In this document: piece by piece, positions 23,632-31,643 of the stretch
How the letters are laid out: every line of letters starts with the position of its first letter
Position numbering within the stretch: the first letter of the stretch is position 1
Assembly (NCBI GenBank): GCA_026026165.1
Contig: JAPEUD010000025.1
Span: forward strand, 248,001-279,643
DNA: 31,643 nucleotides
Source of the DNA: Sarea resinae
Taxonomy: Eukaryota
Direction: 5' to 3'
The notes under the pieces: generated by a model
What the model saw: only the letters and a program-made list of their open reading frames with translations
The model's database searches: none
What the model was told of the DNA's origin: nothing
Program-made: the position numbers and the translations under genes

Positions 23632-24650
23632 GGAGCCACAAGCGCGTCCTAGTCAAAATAGCATGAGTGCCGACGCGTCTGCTACCTTGGCTTCTGGCAA
23701 CTTAAAAGGAGGCACTGTGCTTCGCCTAGTGTTCGCCGTGACAGGCCAGCCTAGGAAGAACAGTGCAATCTGCAAGTCTCGCGGAATCTTCGGTCTCCGG
23801 GGAAAAGTGCTGCCGCCTATGAGTTATCCTGGTCCCGACAACAAAGAGGCCGACTTGAGGAAACGTCCCGCCGGAGAAGGTGAATCACCTACATAAAAAC
23901 AGAAACGGCAGACATGACTAAACAGTGAAGCCGCGCTCCCAGAGCGCGAGGATTGACAATTCCTGCGAACTGATCTCAGGGGGTCTCTACAGCTCCGGCA
24001 TATTTGGCTTGTAGGAAGCTAATGCATCAGAACTCGTCTGCTGAAGGTTCGATTTCTCTGGCTTAGCGAGAGGAGGTCTTTGATAGATACCAACAAGAGA
24101 TCAGATTGAATAAAATCATTAGTGTAATGTGAATACAATTTTTCGCCGGGGTAAATATGCAGTCTACCGGCCTTTCATACAGCCATCGAGTCTCGTTTAA
24201 TCGAGCTTGGCTGAGGAGATGAGACCCTGTGTCGTGGCGTTCGGGTCCGCATGCATACTTTCCGATGACCTAAGTGTCTGAGTGCTATTTTGACTCTCCG
24301 GATGGCGATCACCATCGGGGTCCGCTGCGCATGCATGAGATCTGAGTACGGGCTTGAGCCGCTTTCACAGCCCTCTATTTGTTTTTGACCCCGTTGAAAT
24401 CCAGAGTCCCTTGGATTGCATCGTTCTACTCTTCACCATCTTCATAATCTTTGCTAGGCTTGAGGAGGTTGATTGATGATGATGCGGCTTCGCCGGCGGT
24501 TATGGACGGGACTTCATGTATATGGTTGCCAAAACCGATGAGTATTTCGAGTGCGTAAAAGAGCGTAGAGTTGCGTGGGGGAGTTGCCAGAAGTCGAGGG
24601 AGAGTAAAGTTGGGGTTCTTTCGGTTTTGTATTGATCACGGCACGCGAGT

Positions 24651-25398
24651 TCAACCCCTCTCCATCTCCCTCTCCAACAGCCTCCTGATAGTGTCGACAT
24701 CCTCTTCCTTTGCCGCTTTTCCGTGGCCCTCCAGTCCCCTTAGCATCTCGTCTCCTTCTTTCTCAGCGGCTACATCACCACCGCATAATTGACCCACCAG
24801 AGCGGCGAACTCCTGGACACCCTCGTCTTGGTCCAATAATGCTTTCAGCTTGTACAATCCCTCTCTGGTCCCTTTCTCAGGCGTCCAAGGTGCACGACTG
24901 CCGCGGGAGCCGCGACGGGGTGGAGAGTCGCCACTAGGAGGGAGGGTGGCGGCGTGTAGGGCTGAAAGAGTATGTGGGAGGGAAGGATAGGCTGCGAAGA
25001 GGCGAGCGAGAAGGGGGTGCGAGATAAGCGGTTCGAAGGGCGAGACTGATGTTTGAGCAGTGGGATGGGAGGCGCTTAGATTTGGTGCGGTTGAGGAGGT
25101 CTGAGTTTGAGTGTTTAGCTTCGGTGAGGCAGATGATGTCTCGATTTGGGCTGTGGTATCGGTGTGGGTCGATTTGTGCGTCTTATAGCAGGCGAGCGAG
25201 CAGCTGTTGTGCGCCAGAAGGAATAGTTAATTAGTCACCCTAGCTATTGGATTCCGCAGGGGGGAGAGTGAAGAGCTGAGCGCATTTCTTGGAGACAATT
25301 CTTGGAGACAAATAGGAACGCGCATACTAAGGTAACTGGCAGGTTGGACATTTGTATTTTGGTGGAATGGTGGAGCAAATGCCACAAAGGGATGCCAT
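24651..25398 (-). CDS. HIT1: zf-HIT zinc-finger protein, Hit1/ZNHIT3-like (box C/D snoRNP assembly), 207 aa; exons 25398-25328, 25203-24651
   Basis: Spliced N-terminus MASLCGICSTIPPKYKCPTCQLPYCSLACYKTHK is a canonical HIT finger, and the C-terminal region carries EGVQEFAALV. Only the last 68 codons appear in the ORF track. Confidence 0.85.
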
Positions 25399-25772
25399 CT
25401 CAGACTACCAGCGGTGAGATGAATTCGTGGATATGCAAATAGCTTATTATCATATCGCGAGGTAAACAATGATAGAAACGCGCGGGCGGTATCGATATGG
25501 ATGTCATATTGGAGTTTCGCGTCCACGTTGATCCAGGCGGAGATCTTCTGCACGCCATCACGTGGAGAACAAGAGTACAGCCGGCTGCTTCATAATTGTT
25601 TATCTAAGCGAGGGACGTCATATCAGATTTCGCTGATTTAATGGGCCTCGAGACAATCGGAGACATCACTATCACTATCAATCACATCCCTCTCATTGCT
25701 TCCATGCAGAACTTCTTCGACTGATAGCATCTGTATAAGGTTGTTGGGCTTGTTAAGACACCACAAACTACA

Positions 25773-26854
25773 ATGACATCGGCCACTCTCCCTCGACCCT
25801 TTGTTCGCGCTCTATCGAAGACCCGGCCTCATCTTGTGCCGAGCAACTCCCGAGCTGTCGCCACACCCGCTGCAAGATGCCTCCATCAAGCTTCGAGAAT
25901 GCCTTCAATGATATCTTTGAGCGCTAGACTCCGACCGACTCTACAACCAAGGCACTCTCCGTCAATGATCCTGAAATCAGCGGCCGCGGGCGGCAGTCGA
26001 AGTATCTTCATCCAGACGGAAAACACTCCAAACCCCGATGTCGGTATCTCTTAAGTTGAAGATATGCGTCAGCTAACATGTTGCAGGCCCTCAAATTCAT
26101 CCCCAATCATCGCATCATTCCAGAAGGTATATCGACACCATTCCTGGAATATCTATCACCCCGATCTACCCTCGCTCCGCCGCATCCCTCACCCCTCGCC
26201 GCTCAGCTCCTGAGCGTCGACGGTGTCACATCCGTTTTCTATGGCCCGGACTTCATCACTGTTACTAAAAACTCTGACACGAACTGGGCGCACGTGAAAC
26301 CGGAAGTATTCAGTCTGATTACGGAGGCGGTTACGTCCGGCGAACAGATTGTGAACACTATCGACAAGTCTGCGGATACCGAGCGAGGGCAGGAGGGTGG
26401 CGAGGAAGACACTCTGAGCTACAACGAGAATGATAGTGAAGTTGTAGGTATGATCAAGGAGCTGCTCGATACGAGAATTCGACCTGCTATCCAGGAAGAT
26501 GGTGGCGACGTCGAGTTCCGTGGCTTCGAAAACGGTCTAGTCCTGCTGAAGCTACGGGGGGCTTGCCGGACGTGCGACTCTAGCACTGTGACATTGAAAA
26601 ATGGTATCGAGAGCATGCTGATGCATTATGTAAGTTATCTGGAATTCAAGCGCCGACTTCATTCCATCGGCCTGCTGACGAAAGTTCTCAAACAGATCGA
26701 GGAAGTCAAGGGTATTCAACAGGTGCTTGATCAAGAGGAAGAGATCGCTATGCAAGAATTCGCCAAATTTGAAGAGAAGCTTAAGGCGCAAAAGGGTCCT
26801 GATGCGGTTGCTTCCACGGTCGGAAAAGGCAGCCTTGACACTGTTGAAGCGTGA
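25773..26854 (+). CDS. NFU1: Mitochondrial Fe-S cluster carrier Nfu1 (NifU-like), ~322 aa; exons 25773-26039, 26087-26629, 26696-26854
   Basis: Presequence-like N-terminus, IFIQTENTPNPDALKF, TRIRPAIQEDGGDVEF and CxxC in LRGACRTCDSSTVTLKNGIESMLMHY. Confidence 0.95.
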
Positions 26855-28317
26855 TATGATTTCGCACTTCTCTTTTCATTGCCTTCTTTTCGATATTCTT
26901 TGACAGGGATCGTTCTAGGGTTCATAGAGATGATTATACTGTACATTTTACCTGATGGCCGTTATGGCCATCATAAGAGCTCGTCTACCCATCCAGCGTC
27001 ATCATGCTATATACCACAATGCACATCAAATCCGTCCATCGTTCGTGTAAGTGTGACGCCGTAAGCTCGGATGCACGTTGTTCGGCCCAGCTGGATTGAC
27101 TGGCTGTGCTGTGCCATTGGGGGGCTGGTATGCGACCCTGCTCAACCTCGTCTGTGGCTGCATGGTCCATCCCGCAGATTTCCCATTCCAGTGATATCCA
27201 TACGTAGTAGTACTTTGAGAACGGTATGATCCTCGCAGGCTCCGTTGCTTAGCGGTCGGAGCGGGTTTCCAAGGGTCTGTGGGCAGGGCGCAGAAGTATC
27301 AGATGGCATGGGCACGCCATCGCATGGGCAAGGGGCGTGGATGGTGTCGTTCATGCTGCAGAGGACCCTTACAGAATCCATAAAAGAGGAGTTGCGATCG
27401 ACCTGATTGACAAGAGACGTTTGTGAGTACAGGGTAGATGGAAACCCTATATCCTACGTCGTAAATCACTCATAATGTTTGCGGCTGGGATTGCAGACGC
27501 TGAGGGTGGAGATTGGCCTCTGCCCTCATGGGATATGGATGTCGAGGTCTTGGCCCTGGTGCATTTGTGGGTCGATACTACGTAGTAGAACGGGAGATCG
27601 TCGACGCATGGATCATGTTAATGATTCTCGCAATGCAGCTTCACTGAACACGGAGTAAGCTTGGCATGTCAGGTGTCAAGGCATGGTAGCCCTGGAGAGC
27701 CTGCTTTGGTGAGGGACTGAAGTCGTACACACACATCCAATGTTTGGCCCGTTGTACCTATTCCTACCAGTCGGCACGGCTCCTCCCGTCGCCCTTCAAC
27801 TCATCGGACTTTGAGGGACGAACATGTTTCGAGGACGGCTGAAGGGGGGCAGTTGGATGGGCACCATCGACGAAGAATGCATTATTGTTGATATGACTCT
27901 ACTGCGATTGAGATGCAGAATTGCCGGTTGGCTCGAAGCTGCCCAGGTGAGCTTTAGCCTACAATAATGCGCATGCGAGATGCGAGCCGTGACGGGAAAT
28001 CATCTAGTATAGGTAGAGATTGGCAAGCAGCAGCCCCTCCAGCTGCGCCGCAGAAACAGCATCAAGTGGGCGCCAGCACCAGCACCAGCGCCAGCATCAG
28101 CATCGGCATCAGCACCGACCTGGACGGGCAGCCACTTCACGGAGGTGCAGGAGTCTCGGAAGATGCCACTGACAAGGTTCCAGGTTTCCCCAGCTTTTTC
28201 CCCGTTCGAGTGTTCATCTTTGGTTTCACGCTCTACCTTTCCTTGCCTTAGGTCATCAATGGAAAATACACAGTAGGTACCTGCCTGATCATTGGCACGT
28301 GGCCGGTGATGCAACAA

Positions 28318-28456
28318 CTACCTACCTACCTACCTACCTTAGGTACATAGTAGTAATTTTCGGGACAAAGACAACTCCCGCCGTTGGGGATACTCTACTA
28401 CGGAGAACTACCTACCTTACCTTACCTTATCTAAGGTAGGTACCTAGGTACCTAGG
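28318..28456. repeat. (CTAC)n/(CCTTA)n low-complexity tract including an 18-bp perfect palindrome TAGGTACCTAGGTACCTA at 28437-28454
   Basis: Seen directly in the sequence. Confidence 0.8.
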
Positions 28457-29614
28457 AGGAACAGGTACAGAGGCTAGTACCTGGTTAGGGTGCTTGTCTG
28501 ATCATCGATGGGAGGCTTTGTTTGACAGCTGGAGTGACCAGACAAGCAGACAACCTGAAGCCAGTCTCAGTCGCACACAGCGCACCTCTACACGATTAGC
28601 AAGTTCACGGTCAAGAGTTCTCCAACATCCTGAGCATCAGCGTCATCTTCGTCATCGCGTACTCTGTACGTCCTACTGGGTATGAAAGCAATGATGACAC
28701 ACAGACCACCACCAACAAGACGCTCAAGCCTGCCTCCCTACTCTATATCCGAGGAATGAACGCAACGATCAGGTGTACTTTTCTTCCGTCCCCTCACTAC
28801 CTTACTCTATTACCCCACATTTCAAATCCGACCCTTTCCCTCTTCGTCCACTTGGGGTCCTGCCCACCCTCCAATCACTTGCACTCATATGCGAGGTCCG
28901 GAGGCACATCCTGCAGCTAAGGTAATTCAGCGGTTAAGGTTTCGTAGTGAGGAGATTGGGTGCACGCTGACGGTGACATGGATCGCAACCTTGCCTTGAC
29001 TGGAACAGTGGCATCGTGGCACCGTTTGGCAATGTGGCATTTCAAATGCCAAGGGGGGCTTTCGAAGAGGGGTTCGTTCAAACGATCGGCTGAACTGATT
29101 CGTACCGATTAACGCAGGTAGCGAAGAATGAATGCTCGAGCTTGCCGGACATGGATGGTATGGGCCTTTGATAGCTTGGCTTCATGCACTCCACATTGCT
29201 AGCGGTCTCGCTGCATTGATTACATGCGCATTCCAACACTCAATCTTCATCGAACACCTTTTCAGGTACCTACCTACGTAGGAGAAGGGAAAAGATGTAC
29301 CCGCTTCCTTTCTCAATCTCTCGGTAACTTGTTACTCTACACAATAATCAATCGGATGGACATTGAGAATCAAGTACGACTGCGACTTCGAACAAGACTG
29401 ACGCAGATTGTCCGATCTCAAGCCTTCTCAGCGAAGGAAGCTAGCTTAGTAGATGTCTCTGTCTCGGCTTTCATCAAGGGTCCGGCATGTCAGGGTATCT
29501 GCGACAATGGATCAATGATATCTGCTCTGTTTGAAAAGGCATATCTCGTTAGAGGGGTATCGTCTACGATCAGATCCAACCAAGCGCCAGCTGCTAGCAT
29601 TGGACCGTTGAGCG

Positions 29615-29663
29615 TCGAGCATCGAGCATCGAGCATCGAGCATCGAGCATCGAGCATCGAGCA
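29615..29663. repeat. Perfect tandem repeat (TCGAGCA)7
   Basis: Seen directly in the sequence. Confidence 0.95.
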
Positions 29664-31643
29664 TCTGGCGATCTTCTTGCTCAGGTGTGCTCTGTTGGAT
29701 TGGAAGCGCCTGTAATGTCCATGCGATGGTGGCCGTGAGATGCTATGAGCAAGAAAACTAGTACGAACGCAAGGAATAGTGACGAGCATCCATGGATGAG
29801 GATTGCTTTGCACGGATCTGGAAAGGTGCGGTGCCGGGGCAGGAGCAGGTGCAAGTACTCTACTCCTACGAAGCACGAAGTACAAGCGCAAACGCAGCCG
29901 CAGGGACACGATCTCGTCGCCTGCTCCTCCTTTCCTCCCGGGCTCCCTTCCTCTCACCTTCTCTCCGCTTTGTTGAAAGGTCGAAGACGAAAGTCCCATC
30001 GACGGATCCGCCTCCACATCGGCCGATCCCTGCTACCTATTGTCGTTAGTCTGCAGCAAGCGGAAGGGAGGCGCCAACTGGTGGTGAGGTACCCACCGAC
30101 TACGGCTACCTAGAGGACGGTGGTGTGGCGTTCGGTCTGCAATGTACCGCTAGCGACTTGGGTACATGGATATCACCTTCCCTTACCCTTGACAAATGTG
30201 AAGGCGATCCACACTGGGGCTGACTGGGGGCGTGAGGGGCCAGGAGCTTGCTGCCCGCCTGGTACCCGCTGGAGGCTGGAGAGAGTGGCAATATCCTGGA
30301 GTGATGGATCCATCCATAGTAGAGTACGGGTACGAGTCGGGAGCAGCATGGACAGTCAGCACTGAATGTACTCCGGAGTACTCCTGTCCCCTCGCTCCCT
30401 CGTTCCCTCGTTCCGTACCCTGTACGAAGTCGCAGTACCTGCTGCCCTCATGCTCCATTGGATTTGGATGTTCCTTGATGTTTGTCTCTTGGCCTCATGT
30501 CCCGTGCTCATCATTGTTGCTGCTGTTACTTACTACGACTCACTACTGCTGCTGCTGCTGCTGCTGAGAACGATCCCCTCCCCCCCCTCCTCCTCATCCT
30601 CCTCCTCCTCCCCCCCTACTACTCAGAACTACACTTAGGTAGGTAATCCCTAATCCCTCCCACACTGCCCCTAGGGCCGTTGATTCGACACCCGACTGCG
30701 CATCAATCAGATCATTTTACTATTCGCACGTTACGGCAGTGCTACTGCTACCCACATAAAAAACATCACCTGCCATACCTTAAAAGTGCCACTGCCCATG
30801 CCGGCGTAGAATGGATTCTCTCCTGGTGCCCTGACGTCCGAACACCGCAGCGTAAATTCTAGTACCCTTCTACTCCCTGCTACCACTACGACTACTACTT
30901 GACGGTTATGAAGGCGACCGCAAGAGAGAAGGCCAGACGATAAATCAACTTGGGCCCATTTCATTGTCCTCTCTTATTCTCGCCCTGACCACCTTACCTA
31001 TCTCACTCTTTTTCCCCGATCCCTCTTGCTCCGCGCTTACGACAGACGAGCCCCTCTACGCACGACGCACGGTGTCCCCAGTATTTCGACGGTACCTAAC
31101 GTACCCCGACCTCCCACTCTTAGCCCACACGCTCTCCACGGCACTCGTACCACAAATATCGTCGCTCGACACGGCGCAGGACCACGATCCGCCATCCATT
31201 CCCACGACTTCAAGTAATTCCTCGACCTCTTACTCCTCGCGCGCGCCGAGAAATCGTCAACCGCTTTCCCACTCTGACCATGCGGTCTCTCTGACCCGAG
31301 AGAACCCTTTCAGAACAGGTCATCCTGCGTGTACTTCATCAAGCGGCCAAATCTCGCCTCCGTACTACGCTTCGGAGCGTCTCCCCACAATACTCTAGGC
31401 TCCGGCTTGTGCTTCGTCTGGGGAAAACATCACGACATCCGCGCCACCGTCATCGCCGAACGACACGAGCGAGGCTACTGTGCTCTTTGCCTCGAGAGCA
31501 CACGTCCTTTGACGACTCTATAGGAAAATAAGGAATAGACGGGGAAGTTGGGCGCACCGGGTTTAGACTTGAGGCTTCTGTTTTTGTACACTTTACAAGT
31601 AAGTCGCCACTTTGGATTCCCCCCCCCCCCCGCCAGCCAGATC

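Noticed and set aside
23543..23896. 117-aa ORF overlapping the end of the Tim17-like gene
   Set aside because: It is out of frame with that gene and has no recognisable motif; it is most likely 3' UTR.
28483..28491. GGTTAGGGT (ACCCUAACC on minus), 1.5 telomeric repeats, as a possible telomerase RNA template
   Set aside because: About one such 9-mer permutation is expected by chance in a window this size, and no supporting pseudoknot or three-way junction was seen nearby.
29615..29663. (TCGAGCA)7 as a CRISPR-like array or coding repeat (ORFs 29224..29715 and 29490..30017)
   Set aside because: It has no spacers and lies in eukaryotic DNA, so it is a simple tandem repeat. The overlapping ORFs lack protein-like features.

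Overview
Eukaryotic nuclear DNA from a filamentous ascomycete (Pezizomycotina-type GT-AG introns with CTRAC-like branch points). The first ~27 kb is a compact housekeeping neighbourhood of 13 reconstructable protein genes: SEC6, MRPL33, DPL1, COX12, a 79-aa NDUFA4/MLRQ-like small protein, a stand-alone cyclophilin-E-type RRM protein, SEC31, GET2, MRP49, GEP3, a Tim17-fold-like membrane protein, HIT1 and NFU1. Ten of them lie in five divergent pairs. The last ~4.8 kb has no recognisable gene. No mobile element, rRNA, tRNA or CRISPR was seen. Three observations stand out. (1) A five-exon NDUFA4-like gene, absent from the ORF track, sits head-to-head with COX12 across a promoter with two outward-facing CCAATCA boxes. 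(2) COX12 and MRP49 each contain a 3-nt micro-exon. (3) A ~700-nt non-coding stretch between GEP3 and MRP49 folds by eye into many nested helices with G-U pairs on the minus strand, and is a candidate unassigned structured RNA. Gene identities come from recognising motifs and sequences from memory; no database search was run.
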